Notes: generated by a model not told the origin, from the letters alone. 64,000 nt of DNA from an uncultured Actinomycetota bacterium (GCA_963765815.1 CAVXXT010000008.1:628091-692090), one strand, 5' to 3'; positions 39,543 to 49,746 are shown, counted from the stretch's first letter. Made by a program: numbers and translations.

Positions 39543-39720
39543 AACGGAAGGCGCACAAGCGGGCTCCCGGTGGTCGATCCGCGCCGGCGCACTGCTGTCG
39601 GTCACAGCGGACAACGCCTGACCAAGTGCCTCGCGCGTCTCATGCCACCCCGCGGCAGCTTGTGGGATTGCGTCGTAGGCTTGCCGCACCGCACCTGACC
39701 TCGACGACGTAGATCGGTCG

Positions 39721-42700
39721 ATGCCTCCGCGTCCCGCCCGCCTGCAGCACCAGCACCACCGCATCTCGGCGGTGCTCGTCGTCCATGACGGCGCGCGGTG
39801 GCTGCCGGAGGTGCTCTCAGCGCTCGCCGCCCAGACCCGGCCCGTCCAGCGCCTCGTCGCCGTCGACGTCGGCAGCGAGGACGACTCGCCCGCCCTGCTC
39901 GACGCCGCGCTCGGTCCCGATCGGATCGTGCGCGTCGCGCGCGACTGCGGCTTCGGCGCCGCGGTCGCCGCCGGACTCGAGCACCTCGACGTGCTCGGCG
40001 CCTCCGTGCCGGAGCGGCCGTCGCCCCGGCGGCGTACCGGCGACGACCTCCCGCTGCCCGAGCCGGTGCACTGGCTCTGGCTGATCCACGACGACTGCGC
40101 CCCGGAGCCGGAGGCGCTGGCCGAGCTCGTCCACGCCGCGTCCGACACGCCGTCGGCCGGCGTCCTCGGCCCCAAGGCGCGCGACTGGGACGACCCGCGA
40201 CTGCTGGTCGAGGTCGGGCTGACGATGGACCGGGCCGGCCGGCGCGAGACCGGGCTGGAGCGGCGCGAGTACGACCAGGGACAGCACGACAGCCGCCGCG
40301 ACGTCCTCGCCGTGGGGACGGCAGGGATGCTGGTGCGCCGGGACGTCTGGGACACCGTCGGGGGGCTGGACCCCTCACTGCCCATGCTGCGCGACGACAT
40401 CGACCTCGGCTGGCGGGTGAACGCCGCGGGGTATCGGGTCGTCGTCGTGCCCGAGGCGCGGGTGCGGCACGCCCGCGCGGTGTGGACCGGCAAGCGACCG
40501 ATGTCGGCGACGCACGGCCGGATCACCGGAGTCGACCGCCGGCACTCCCTGCTCGTCCTGCTCGCCAACCTGCCCGCCCGCTCGCTGGTCGGCGCCTTCC
40601 CGCGACTGCTGCTCGGCGCGCTGCTGCGCACGGTGGCGTTCCTGCTCACCCGGCAGCTGTCCGCGGCGCGCGACGAGGTGGCCGCGGTCGGCTGGACCAT
40701 CGGTCACGTCGGCGACCTGGTGCGGATGCGCCGCGCCCGCCGCGCGACCCGCAAGGCGCCGCCCGCCGCGGTCCGACCGCTCTTCGTCGGCCGCACCGCG
40801 CGGCTGCGCGGCTACCTCGACGCGTTCGCCGACTGGATCACCGGGGGCGGCGGTGAGCCGGGCTCGACCCTGGACCCGGACGATCCGGACGCCGATCCGA
40901 CAGCAGGAGTGACCGAGGGGAGGGGTGTGCGCTTCGTCCGGGCGCACCCCGGGATCGCGCTCGTCGTGCTGCTGGCGCTGCTCACCCTCGTCGCCGATCG
41001 CGCGCTCTTCGGCGACGGTCGGCTGCTCGGCGGTGACCTGCTGCCGGTGCCGTCCCGCGCCCGAGACATGTGGGCGGCGTACGTCGGCTCCTGGCACCCC
41101 GTCGGCGCCGGCACCGATGCGGCGGTGTCCCCGGCGATCGCCGTCATCGGCGCGATCGGCACGCTGCTGCGCGGTCGCGCACCGCTTGTCGTGTCGCTCC
41201 TCGTCCTCGGCGCCGTGCCGCTCGCCGGCGCCAGCGCGTACGCCGCGAGCCGCCGGGTCACCGACAGCCGTCCCCTGCGGGTGTGGGCGGCGGCGACGTA
41301 CGCCCTGCTGCCCGTCGTCACCGGCGCCGTCGCCCGGGGCCGGCTCGACACCGTCGTCGCGGTGATCGCCGTGCCGCTCCTCGTCGCCGCAGGACACCGG
41401 CTGCTGGCGACGGATCCCGCGGTGACCGGGTGGCGGCTGCCGTTCGGCTACGGCCTCGGCCTGGCGGTCGCCACGTCCTTCGCGCCGCAGCTGTGGTTGA
41501 TCAGCGCAGTCGCGCTCACGGTCGGCACGCTCGCCGGCCTGCTTGCCGCCACGCCGGCCGGTCGGGCCCCCTCGGTCCGCCGGTCGATCGCGGTCGTGCT
41601 CGCGCAGGCCACCGCGCTCGCCGTGCTCGTCCCGTGGACCTGGCAGCTCGTGCAGTCGCCGACCCTGCTCGTGGCCGGGGTCCCGGCGGTGTCCGGCGAG
41701 GCGACCGGGCCGGTGCCCACCGGGCTCGAGCTGCTGCTCGGCCGAGCGGGCGGCCCGGCGGTGCCGGCGATCTGGGTCACCGCCGGCCTGGTGCTGGCAG
41801 CGGCGTCGGCTCTGGTGCGCGAACGCAGGCAGCGCGCGGCGCTCGCCGCGTGGGGGCTGGTCGTCGGCGGCACCGCACTGGCCCTGGTGGTCGCCCGCGG
41901 TGCCGGGTCACTGCCTCGGACGTTCCCCGGCCCCGCTCTCGCGGTCGCCGGCTGCGGGCTCGTCCTGGCGGCGCTGATCGCCGCGGACGGCGCGCTGGAG
42001 CGCATCGGCCGCTACGACTTCGGCTGGCGGCAGCTGCTGGCCGGCGCGGTCGCCGTCGCCGCCGTCGTGACGCCGGTGGCCGCTGCCGCGTCGTGGGCGC
42101 GCCGCGGCGCGGACGAACCGCTCCGTCGGCAGCAGGCGGTGGCCCTGCCGTCGGTGGTGCTCGCCGAGGGCGACCGCACCCCCGGGATGCGCGTGCTCTG
42201 GCTCGACGTCGCCGACGACGGCCGGGTGCGCTACGCGCTCACCGCCGCGAGCGGTCTGACCCTCGCCGACTCCGGCCTGCCGATGCCCGGGGACGTACGC
42301 CGGATCCTCGACGACATCGTCGCGGACCTCACGTCGCCGCGCGGCACCAACGCCGCGGAGGCGCTGGCCGCCTTCAACGTCCGCTACGTCGCCGTCGCCA
42401 ACCCGGTGCCACCGGTCATCGAGTCAGGCCTGGACGTGCAGGCCGGCCTGGCGCGGGTGTCCTTCGTCGCGCCCGTCCAGCTGTGGCAGTCGCTGACCCC
42501 GTCCGGTCGGCTCACCGTCCTGCAGCCCGCGCTCGCGCGCACCGCGACGTCCGGGCGGGTCGGCAGCCGGGACCAGCTGCGGCAGACGCCGCCCGCTCCG
42601 CTGCCCAGTCGTCGCGAGTCGGCCCGGGCGCAGCTGCAGCCCGGCCCTGACGGTCGGCTGCTCGTCCTCGCCGAGAGCGCCGACAGCGGGTGGGTCGCCA

Positions 42701-42996
42701 CCCTCGACGGCCGCACGCTGCGCAGGACGACGGCATACGGGTGGGCGCAGGCGTTCGAGGTGCCGGCCGGCGCCGGGCGGATCGAGGTCTGGCGCGACAC
42801 GGCGGCGAGGAAGCGGGCGCTGACCGTGCAGGGCGTCCTCCTCCTGCTCGCCCTCGTGCTGGCCGCGCCGTCGATCCGCCGGCGCGACGACGACGACGGC
42901 ACGCCGCCGGCCGATGCCGCGCTCCCCGACGACCTGCCCGACGAAGGCGAGCCGGTCGCTGTCGCCGGCGCGCCGTCCAACGTGCGGAGGCTCTGA
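39721..42996 (+). CDS. Large GT2 + multi-TM glycosyltransferase, conserved downstream of whiB
   Basis: AVLVVHDGARWL, WLWLIHDDCAP, LRDDIDLGWR motifs followed by many TM segments; syntenic position. Confidence 0.88.
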   Translation: MPPRPARLQHQHHRISAVLVVHDGARWLPEVLSALAAQTRPVQRLVAVDVGSEDDSPALLDAALGPDRIVRVARDCGFGAAVAAGLEHLDVLGASVPERPSPRRRTGDDLPLPEPVHWLWLIHDDCAPEPEALAELVHAASDTPSAGVLGPKARDWDDPRLLVEVGLTMDRAGRRETGLERREYDQGQHDSRRDVLAVGTAGMLVRRDVWDTVGGLDPSLPMLRDDIDLGWRVNAAGYRVVVVPEARVRHARAVWTGKRPMSATHGRITGVDRRHSLLVLLANLPARSLVGAFPRLLLGALLRTVAFLLTRQLSAARDEVAAVGWTIGHVGDLVRMRRARRATRKAPPAAVRPLFVGRTARLRGYLDAFADWITGGGGEPGSTLDPDDPDADPTAGVTEGRGVRFVRAHPGIALVVLLALLTLVADRALFGDGRLLGGDLLPVPSRARDMWAAYVGSWHPVGAGTDAAVSPAIAVIGAIGTLLRGRAPLVVSLLVLGAVPLAGASAYAASRRVTDSRPLRVWAAATYALLPVVTGAVARGRLDTVVAVIAVPLLVAAGHRLLATDPAVTGWRLPFGYGLGLAVATSFAPQLWLISAVALTVGTLAGLLAATPAGRAPSVRRSIAVVLAQATALAVLVPWTWQLVQSPTLLVAGVPAVSGEATGPVPTGLELLLGRAGGPAVPAIWVTAGLVLAAASALVRERRQRAALAAWGLVVGGTALALVVARGAGSLPRTFPGPALAVAGCGLVLAALIAADGALERIGRYDFGWRQLLAGAVAVAAVVTPVAAAASWARRGADEPLRRQQAVALPSVVLAEGDRTPGMRVLWLDVADDGRVRYALTAASGLTLADSGLPMPGDVRRILDDIVADLTSPRGTNAAEALAAFNVRYVAVANPVPPVIESGLDVQAGLARVSFVAPVQLWQSLTPSGRLTVLQPALARTATSGRVGSRDQLRQTPPAPLPSRRESARAQLQPGPDGRLLVLAESADSGWVATLDGRTLRRTTAYGWAQAFEVPAGAGRIEVWRDTAARKRALTVQGVLLLLALVLAAPSIRRRDDDDGTPPADAALPDDLPDEGEPVAVAGAPSNVRRL

Positions 42997-42997
42997 C

Positions 42998-44515
42998 ATG
43001 GCCCGACCGCCGCTGCCGCTCGTCGCGGTCGTCGTGCTCGTCGCCGCCGGCCTCGGCGTCGCCGACGCGACCCAGCCGCCCGCCGCGCTGCCGCGTGCTG
43101 CGCCTCGGGTCGAGCGAGCCGCGGTCGTCGGCAGCCTCGCGGTCTGCCCCGAGCTGCTCAAGACCGGCAGCGACGTCATCACGACCCTCACCGTCGGCAC
43201 CGCGCTGGCCGGCGACGTCACCGTGCAGGCCGCGCCGCTCGTCAAGGGCAGCGGTCAGGGTCCGGTTGTGCTCCGCCGCGGGGGCGAGGTCTCCGGCTTC
43301 GGCACGCCGATCGACCAGGCCGTCGCCGTCGCCGCGACCGCGGTGGGGGAGCGGGCCGGCGGGCTGGAGGCCGAGCAGGTCTCGCGCGGCGTCGACGGGC
43401 GAAACCGCGGACTGGCGGGCACGCGCTGCGAGTCGACCGTGCAGGACACGTGGTTCGTCGGCGGCGGCACCAAGCCCGGCGTCGAGTCGGAGTTCCTCCT
43501 CGTCAACCCCTACGACGACGAGGCGCTGGTCGACCTCGAGGTCCTCACCGAGAGCGGGCCGTCGACCGCCCCCGGCCTGCGCGGCATCGTCGTACCCGGG
43601 CGGCAGCGCACCGTCGTCAAGCTCTCCGACCTCGAGCCCGATCAGCGCGCGCTCGCCACCCGCGTCCACGTCCGGGTCGGCCGCGTCGCGCCAGCGCTGC
43701 GGGACAGTCGCTCGGTCGTCGACACGCCGTACGGCGTCGACTGGGTCCCGCGCGCGGGACTGCCGTCGTCGGTCGTCGACCTGGCCGGGCTGCCTGGCGG
43801 CAACGGCGCGCGGCTGCTGTACATCGCCGTGCCGGGCGAGGACGACGCGCTGGTCGACGTGCAGCTGACGATGGCCGACGAGCAGTTCGTGCCGGTGCCG
43901 CTGCGCGAGATCACCGTCCGCGCCGGGACGATCGCGATCGTCGACATGAAGGAGGTGCTGGAGGGCCGGCCCGCGTCGCTGCGGGTCTCCGCCCAGGGTG
44001 CGCCGGTCCTGGCCGGCGCCTACGTCGAGAACCGCGCGCGGTTCAACCCGATCCGCGAGCTCGCCTGGATCGGCACCACCCGGCCGCTGACCGGCCCGGC
44101 GGTCGTCACCGATTCCCGCGTCACTCGAGATGTCGACACCAACCTCGTGCTGAGCGCTCCCGACGGCCCGGCGAAGCTGCTGGTGCAGCTGCTGCCGCAG
44201 GCCGGGCTCGCCCAGACGCTGCCACCGCCGGTGCTGGTCAACGTCCCGGAGGGACGCCTGGTCACCCTCGGCCTCGCCGACCGCCGGTTCGTCGCCGACC
44301 CGCCGTCGGACAAGCGCCCGTTCCTCGTCACGCCGGTCGAGGGCTCGGCACCGGTGTACGCCGCGCGTGCCCTCGTCGAGCGCGGTCTGCGCGGGCCGCT
44401 GTTCACCGTCATGGCGCTGCAGGCGACCGCGGCGGACGGCGTACCGGTGCCGGCCGTCGTCGCCGACACCGCCGCCAGCCTCGTCGACCTCCGCCGCAAG
44501 GACGAAGAGGGTTAA
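42998..44515 (+). CDS. DUF5719 family secreted or membrane-anchored protein
   Basis: N-terminal hydrophobic segment; TWFVGG and LLVNPYDDEALVDL motifs; synteny after the GT2 gene. Confidence 0.8.
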   Translation: MARPPLPLVAVVVLVAAGLGVADATQPPAALPRAAPRVERAAVVGSLAVCPELLKTGSDVITTLTVGTALAGDVTVQAAPLVKGSGQGPVVLRRGGEVSGFGTPIDQAVAVAATAVGERAGGLEAEQVSRGVDGRNRGLAGTRCESTVQDTWFVGGGTKPGVESEFLLVNPYDDEALVDLEVLTESGPSTAPGLRGIVVPGRQRTVVKLSDLEPDQRALATRVHVRVGRVAPALRDSRSVVDTPYGVDWVPRAGLPSSVVDLAGLPGGNGARLLYIAVPGEDDALVDVQLTMADEQFVPVPLREITVRAGTIAIVDMKEVLEGRPASLRVSAQGAPVLAGAYVENRARFNPIRELAWIGTTRPLTGPAVVTDSRVTRDVDTNLVLSAPDGPAKLLVQLLPQAGLAQTLPPPVLVNVPEGRLVTLGLADRRFVADPPSDKRPFLVTPVEGSAPVYAARALVERGLRGPLFTVMALQATAADGVPVPAVVADTAASLVDLRRKDEEG

Positions 44516-44949
44516 TCCGGCGGGTCGACGGTGTCCGGGTCGATGCCCAAGTGGCGGGCCAGCTCGGCGACCACCACGTCGAGCACGAGGTCGGCGAGGT
44601 CGGCCTGGTCGATCGCGCGCGCCTCGATCGGCCGGCGGTAGACGACGAGTCGCGGCGGCTGCTTCACGCCTTTCGCGTCGGCGACGCCGGGCAGCATCCG
44701 CGACAGCGGGATGACGTCGTCGGACACGCTGTCCGGCGGCGGCACGTCCTCGACAGCGAACTCGAGCTTGGCCAGCTCGTCGGCCCAGTGCTCCTCGAGG
44801 TGCTCCACCGCGTCGAGCACCAGCTCGTCGAAGCGCTCCGCCTTCGTCTGCGACAGCGGCACGTGCGGCGGGACCAGCCGACCGCGCAGGCCACGGCCCC
44901 GGCGGTCGCGCCGGCGCCGGCGTACCGCGCGCTCGCTCACCGGGTCCAT
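44512..44949 (-). CDS. Zincin-like metallopeptidase family protein (Rv3259-like)
   Basis: RDRRGRGLRG, FAVEDVP, LVVYRRPIE, VVVAELARHLG motifs; synteny. Confidence 0.88.
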   Translation of the reverse strand: MDPVSERAVRRRRRDRRGRGLRGRLVPPHVPLSQTKAERFDELVLDAVEHLEEHWADELAKLEFAVEDVPPPDSVSDDVIPLSRMLPGVADAKGVKQPPRLVVYRRPIEARAIDQADLADLVLDVVVAELARHLGIDPDTVDPPD

Positions 44950-45038
44950 GCCGTCAGCGTAGAGGCGCGCGACACGCCCGCACGACACGTCACCGACGGT
45001 GATGGCTGCGGCCCCGAGTGCCCGCTACCGTGCGAGTG

Positions 45039-45380
45039 GTGAGCCCTCCCCGTCGCTGCTCCCGGAGCTACTGCACCGAGCCGGCCGGCGCGACCCTGAC
45101 CTACGTGTACGCCGACTCGCGGGTCGTCGTGGGCCCGCTGACCCCCAGCCACGAGCCGCACGACTACGACCTCTGCGGCCTGCACGCCGCCAAGCTCACC
45201 GCGCCGCGGGGCTGGGAGGTCGTGCGCAACACGGTGCTCACCAGCGCCCCGACCGGGCCGAGCGCCGACGACCTGGAGGCGCTGGCCGACGCCGTGCGAG
45301 ACGCGGCCCGGGCCGGCGCCGAGCAGCTGCAGGACTCGTTCCGCCGCGGGCACCTCCGGATGCTGCGGAGCCCGGGCTAA
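45039..45380 (+). CDS. DUF3499 protein
   Basis: RRCSR..C...ATLTYVYADSRVVVGPL, YDLCGLHA, APRGWEVVR, DDLEALADAVR, GHLRML motifs. Confidence 0.92.
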   Translation: MSPPRRCSRSYCTEPAGATLTYVYADSRVVVGPLTPSHEPHDYDLCGLHAAKLTAPRGWEVVRNTVLTSAPTGPSADDLEALADAVRDAARAGAEQLQDSFRRGHLRMLRSPG

Positions 45381-45443
45381 CCGTTACGCCGTATGCTCCG
45401 TTCGGTTAGGCCGTTCGGCCCCACAGGGACAGAAGGGCTCGCG

Positions 45444-45623
45444 ATGTCCGGACAGTGCCAGTCGTGCGAGAGCAAGGCCGTGACCCAGATCTCCATCACG
45501 ATGGCGGACGGCTCGGTGGTCGAGTTCACCTCCTGCCACACCTGCGAGGCGAAGAGCTACCGCTCCGGCGGCGAGGAGCTGCCGCTCGACCGCGTCCTGG
45601 AGCTCGCCTCCCGCCGCAAGTAA
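45444..45623 (+). CDS. 59-aa putative zinc-ribbon protein
   Basis: MSGQCQSC...SCHTCE with two CxxC motifs; GAAGGG RBS-like sequence upstream. Confidence 0.7.
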   Translation: MSGQCQSCESKAVTQISITMADGSVVEFTSCHTCEAKSYRSGGEELPLDRVLELASRRK

Positions 45624-45654
45624 CCCCGCTCCGCGCACCGAATAGCATCGGGCA

Positions 45655-47010
45655 ATGGCCAAGAACCGAGACGTCAGCAGCATCGTCAAGGCGTACGACA
45701 TCCGCGGCGTCGTCCCGGACCAGCTCGACGAGACGCTCGCGCGGGCCTTCGGCGCCGCCTTCGCGGAGCTGGCGGACAGCCCGACGGTCGTCATCGGTCA
45801 CGACATGCGCCCGTCCAGCCCCGGCCTCGCAGCGGCGTTCGCCGACGGCGTCACCGCGCAGGGCGTCGACGCGGTGCTCATCGGGCTGGCCTCGACCGAC
45901 ATGCTCTACTTCGCCTCCGGCCACCTCGGCCTCCCCGGCGCGATGTTCACCGCGAGCCACAACCCGGCGCAGTACAACGGCATCAAGCTCTGCCTCGCCG
46001 GCGCCGCGCCGGTCGGCCAGGACACCGGCCTCGGCCAGATCCGCGACCGCGTCAACGCCGGGCTGCCCGCCGACGGCCCGACGAAGGGGACCGTCACCGA
46101 GCAGAACCTGCTGGCGGCGTACGCCGAGTACCTGCACTCCCTCGTCGACATCTCGAGCAGCCGGCAGCTGACCGTGGTGGTCGACGCCGGCAACGGCATG
46201 GGCGGCTACACCGTGCCGGCGGTGCTCGCCGACCTGCCGCTGAAGGTCGTGCCGCTCTTCTTCGAGCTCGACGGCACGTTCCCCAACCACGAGGCCAACC
46301 CGATCGAGCCGGCCAACCTGGTCGACCTGCAGAAGGCGGTGCTGGCCGAGGGCGCCGACCTCGGGCTGGCGTTCGACGGCGACGCCGACCGCTGCTTCGT
46401 CGTCGACGAGAAGGGCGGCATCGTCTCGCCGTCGACCATCACCGCGCTGGTGGCGCAGCGGGAGCTGCAGCGCGAGCCGGGCGGCACGATCATCCACAAC
46501 CTGATCTGCTCGCGGACGGTGCCGGAGGTGGTCCGGGAGAACGGCGGCACGCCGGTGCGCACCCGGGTCGGCCACTCGTTCATCAAGGCGGTGATGGCCG
46601 AGACCGGCGCCGTCTTCGGCGGCGAGCACTCCGGTCACTTCTACTTCCGCGACTTCTGGCGGGCCGACTCCGGGATGCTGGCCGCGCTGCACGTCCTCGC
46701 CGCCCTGGGCCGGCAGGAGGGCACGCTGTCGAGCCTTCTCGCTCCCTACGACCGCTACGTCGCGTCGGGGGAGATCAACAGCACCGTCGACGACGCCGCG
46801 TCGCGCGCCGCCGCGGTCAAGGCGGCGTACGCCGATCGTGAAGGCGTCGAGGTCGACGAGCTGGACGGGCTCACGGTGAGCGCGAAGGACTGGTGGTTCA
46901 ACCTGCGGCCGTCCAACACCGAGCCGCTGCTGCGCCTCAACGCCGAGGCGACCGACGAGGCGACCATGGCGACGGTGCGTGACGAGGTGCTCGCCCTCGT
47001 GCGCGGGTAG
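45655..47010 (+). CDS. manB: Phosphomannomutase / phosphoglucomutase
   Basis: KAYDIRG, TASHNP, FDGDADR, GGEHSGH, LRPSNTEPLLR motifs. Confidence 0.96.
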   Translation: MAKNRDVSSIVKAYDIRGVVPDQLDETLARAFGAAFAELADSPTVVIGHDMRPSSPGLAAAFADGVTAQGVDAVLIGLASTDMLYFASGHLGLPGAMFTASHNPAQYNGIKLCLAGAAPVGQDTGLGQIRDRVNAGLPADGPTKGTVTEQNLLAAYAEYLHSLVDISSSRQLTVVVDAGNGMGGYTVPAVLADLPLKVVPLFFELDGTFPNHEANPIEPANLVDLQKAVLAEGADLGLAFDGDADRCFVVDEKGGIVSPSTITALVAQRELQREPGGTIIHNLICSRTVPEVVRENGGTPVRTRVGHSFIKAVMAETGAVFGGEHSGHFYFRDFWRADSGMLAALHVLAALGRQEGTLSSLLAPYDRYVASGEINSTVDDAASRAAAVKAAYADREGVEVDELDGLTVSAKDWWFNLRPSNTEPLLRLNAEATDEATMATVRDEVLALVRG

Positions 47011-47075
47011 GTTTGACCCGCACCCGACCCGCCGCTTCGCCTCGATCACTGATCGCCCAATGACAGGGAGACCCC

Positions 47076-47252
47076 GTGGACCTCGACCCCTCGCTGCTCG
47101 AGATCCTGGCCTGCCCGGCCTGCCACTCGCCGCTGTCCGTCGATGAGGCCGCGTCCACGCTGAACTGCACGGGCGAGGCCTGCGGCCTGCGCTACCCGGT
47201 CCGCGACGGCATCCCGGTGCTGCTGATCGACGAGGCCGAGAAGCCGGCGTGA
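47076..47252 (+). CDS. Trm112 family protein, 58 aa
   Basis: Manual translation LLEILACPAC...YPVRDGIPVLLIDEA; below the ORF-track cut-off. Confidence 0.92.
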   Translation: MDLDPSLLEILACPACHSPLSVDEAASTLNCTGEACGLRYPVRDGIPVLLIDEAEKPA

Positions 47253-48352
47253 TCCTGCCGGACCTCGCTGATTCCCTCGCCGGCCCTGGGCTCCTCGACG
47301 ACACGGCTGCGCTCGAGGCCGCCGACCCCTCGGGGATGCTGCGCGACGTCGCCGGCGCGCCCGCGCAGCTGCGCGAGGCGGCGTTCACCGCGGCCGAGGT
47401 CGACACCACCGCGCTGCTCGACGGCCTGCGACCCCGGTCCGTCGTCGTCACCGGCATGGGCGGCTCGGCGATCGCCGGCGACGTGCTCGCCGCCGTCGCC
47501 GGACAGACTGCGCCTATCCCCGTGCACGTGCACCGCGGCTACGGGCTGCCCGGCTGGGTCGGCGCCGCCGACCTGGTCATCGGCGTGTCCTGCTCGGGCG
47601 GCACCGAGGAGACGCTCAGCGCGGTCGAGGAGGCGGTGCGCCGCGGTACGCCGCTGGTCGGGGTGGCCGCCGCGTCGTCGCCGGTCGCGGAGCTGGTCCT
47701 CTCCGGTCGTGGCGTGCTCTTCCCGGTCGCGACCGGTCGGCAGCCGCGCGCGAGCATCTGGGCGCTGTCCGCCCCGCTGCTCGTCATCGGCGAGCGGATC
47801 GGGCTGACGCGCGTCGGCGCCGCCGAGATGTCGGCCGCCGCCGACGTGCTCGACGAGTGGACAGAGCGCTGCAAGCCGGCCAAGGAGTCGTTCCTCAACC
47901 CGGCCAAGGAGCTGGCTCTCGGGCTGATCGGCCGGCTGCCCGTCATCTGGGGCGCGTCGGCGCTGGCCGGCGTGGCGGCGTACCGCGGCTCGGGCCAGCT
48001 GGCAGAGAACGCGAAGCGCGCATCCGTGCACGGTGTGCTGCCTGAGGCCAACCACAACCAGGTGGTCGCCTTCGACGACGCCGACGCGGCCGATCGACTC
48101 GCCCTGGTCCTGCTGAGAGACAGCGCAGAGCACCCGCAGGTCGCCCGTCGCGCTGACGCGTCGCGCCGGCTCGCCGACGAGCGCGGCATCCCGGTGCACG
48201 AGCTGCGCGCCGAGGGCGACGACCCGCTGTCGCGCCTCGCGTCGCTCGTCGCGCTGGTCGACTTCACATCGGTGTACGCCGCCTTCCTCGCCGGGGTGGA
48301 CCCGACGCCGGTCCAGCCGATCGTCGAGCTCAAGGCACGGATCCGCGAGTGA
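47249..48352 (+). CDS. SIS-domain protein, probable bifunctional phosphoglucose/phosphomannose isomerase
   Basis: GMGGSA, SCSGGTEET, ENAK, PEANHN motifs and a C-terminal Lys. Confidence 0.8.
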   Translation: MILPDLADSLAGPGLLDDTAALEAADPSGMLRDVAGAPAQLREAAFTAAEVDTTALLDGLRPRSVVVTGMGGSAIAGDVLAAVAGQTAPIPVHVHRGYGLPGWVGAADLVIGVSCSGGTEETLSAVEEAVRRGTPLVGVAAASSPVAELVLSGRGVLFPVATGRQPRASIWALSAPLLVIGERIGLTRVGAAEMSAAADVLDEWTERCKPAKESFLNPAKELALGLIGRLPVIWGASALAGVAAYRGSGQLAENAKRASVHGVLPEANHNQVVAFDDADAADRLALVLLRDSAEHPQVARRADASRRLADERGIPVHELRAEGDDPLSRLASLVALVDFTSVYAAFLAGVDPTPVQPIVELKARIRE

Positions 48353-49257
48353 GCGCAGGCGGTGGCAAGAAGGCGATCGTCGCGGCGCTGCTCGCCAACC
48401 TGGGCATCGCGGTCGCGAAGTTCGTCGGCTTCGGGTTGACCAGGTCGAGCTCGATGCTCGCCGAGGCAGTGCACTCGTGTGCGGACTCCGGCAACCAGGG
48501 ACTGCTCCTGCTCGGCGGCCGGCAGGCCGCGCGGGCGGCGGACGACGAGCACCCGTTCGGCTACGGCCGGGCGCGCTACTTCTGGGCGTTCGTCGTCGCT
48601 CTCGTCCTCTTCGCGCTCGGCTCCCTCTTCGCGCTCTATGAAGGTGTCGAGAAGCTCCGCCACCCGCACCACATCGAGTCGGCGTTCATCGCGATCGAGA
48701 TCCTCGTCGTCGCGATCGCGCTGGAGGCGTACTCCTTCCGCACCGCGATCGTCGAGTCCAACCACGTGCGCGGTGACGAGGGGTGGGTGGCGTTCATCCG
48801 GCACTCGAAGTCGCCCGAGCTGCCGGTCGTGCTGCTCGAGGACGCCGGTGCTCTCCTCGGCCTCGTCCTCGCTCTGGTCGGGGTGTCGCTCACGGTGGTG
48901 ACCGACGACCCGACGTGGGATGCGCTCGGCACGATGTCGATCGGCGTGCTGCTCGGCGTCATCGCCGTCGTGCTCGCGGTGGAGATGCGCAGCCTGCTGA
49001 TCGGCGAAGGAGCCTCACCGGGCGACCTGGCCCGCGTGCGGGCGGCGATCGAGGACGGCGCCGACGTACGCCGGCTCATCCACATCAAGACGCTCTACCT
49101 CGGACCCGACGAGCTGATGGTCGCCGCGAAGGTCGAGGTCACCGCTGACTCGGCGACCGCCGTCGCCGCCTCCATCAACGACGCCGAGGTCCGGATCCGC
49201 GCCGCCGTACCCGCCGCTCGGGTCATCTACCTCGAGCCCGACGTCTACCGACCCTGA
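48349..49257 (+). CDS. Cation diffusion facilitator transporter
   Basis: SMLAEAVHSCADSGNQ, HPFGYGRARYFW, LLEDAGAL, LYLGPDELMV motifs. Confidence 0.93.
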   Translation: MSAGGGKKAIVAALLANLGIAVAKFVGFGLTRSSSMLAEAVHSCADSGNQGLLLLGGRQAARAADDEHPFGYGRARYFWAFVVALVLFALGSLFALYEGVEKLRHPHHIESAFIAIEILVVAIALEAYSFRTAIVESNHVRGDEGWVAFIRHSKSPELPVVLLEDAGALLGLVLALVGVSLTVVTDDPTWDALGTMSIGVLLGVIAVVLAVEMRSLLIGEGASPGDLARVRAAIEDGADVRRLIHIKTLYLGPDELMVAAKVEVTADSATAVAASINDAEVRIRAAVPAARVIYLEPDVYRP

Positions 49258-49271
49258 GAGGCAGCTCACAG

Positions 49272-49721
49272 ATGCGCACCACGTTGATACTCGGCGACTT
49301 CGCCCGCGTCGCCGAAGGCAAGCTCGACGTCATCGGCGGCGGCTGGACCTACACCGGCCCCGACCCGGTGACGATGGGCCTCGGCATCATCGTCGAGGTG
49401 CCGTGGGACCAGGCCAACACGACGCACGAGCTGTCGCTGTCGCTGCTCGGCGCCGACGGCCGGCCGGTGGAGCTGCCCGGGCCCGAAGGTGTCCAGACGA
49501 TCCAGCTGGCGACGCAGTTCGAGGTCGGCCGGCCCGCGGGTCAGGCGGCGGGCACGCCGATCCCGTTCCCGCTCGCCGTCAACGTCAACGCGGTGCCGCT
49601 GCCGCCGGGCGAGCGCTTCGAGTGGCGGCTGGAGATCGACGGCCGGACCCACGAGGACTGGAGCCTCCGCTTCCAGACCCGCCCCCGCCCGCCGGCCGCC
49701 AACAGCCCCACCAGCTTCTAG
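49272..49721 (+). CDS. DUF6941-like protein
   Basis: LGDFARVAEGKLDVIGGGW and EVPWDQAN motifs. Confidence 0.7.
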   Translation: MRTTLILGDFARVAEGKLDVIGGGWTYTGPDPVTMGLGIIVEVPWDQANTTHELSLSLLGADGRPVELPGPEGVQTIQLATQFEVGRPAGQAAGTPIPFPLAVNVNAVPLPPGERFEWRLEIDGRTHEDWSLRFQTRPRPPAANSPTSF

Positions 49722-49746
49722 CGCTCCGGCACGCCGGCCAGATTTC

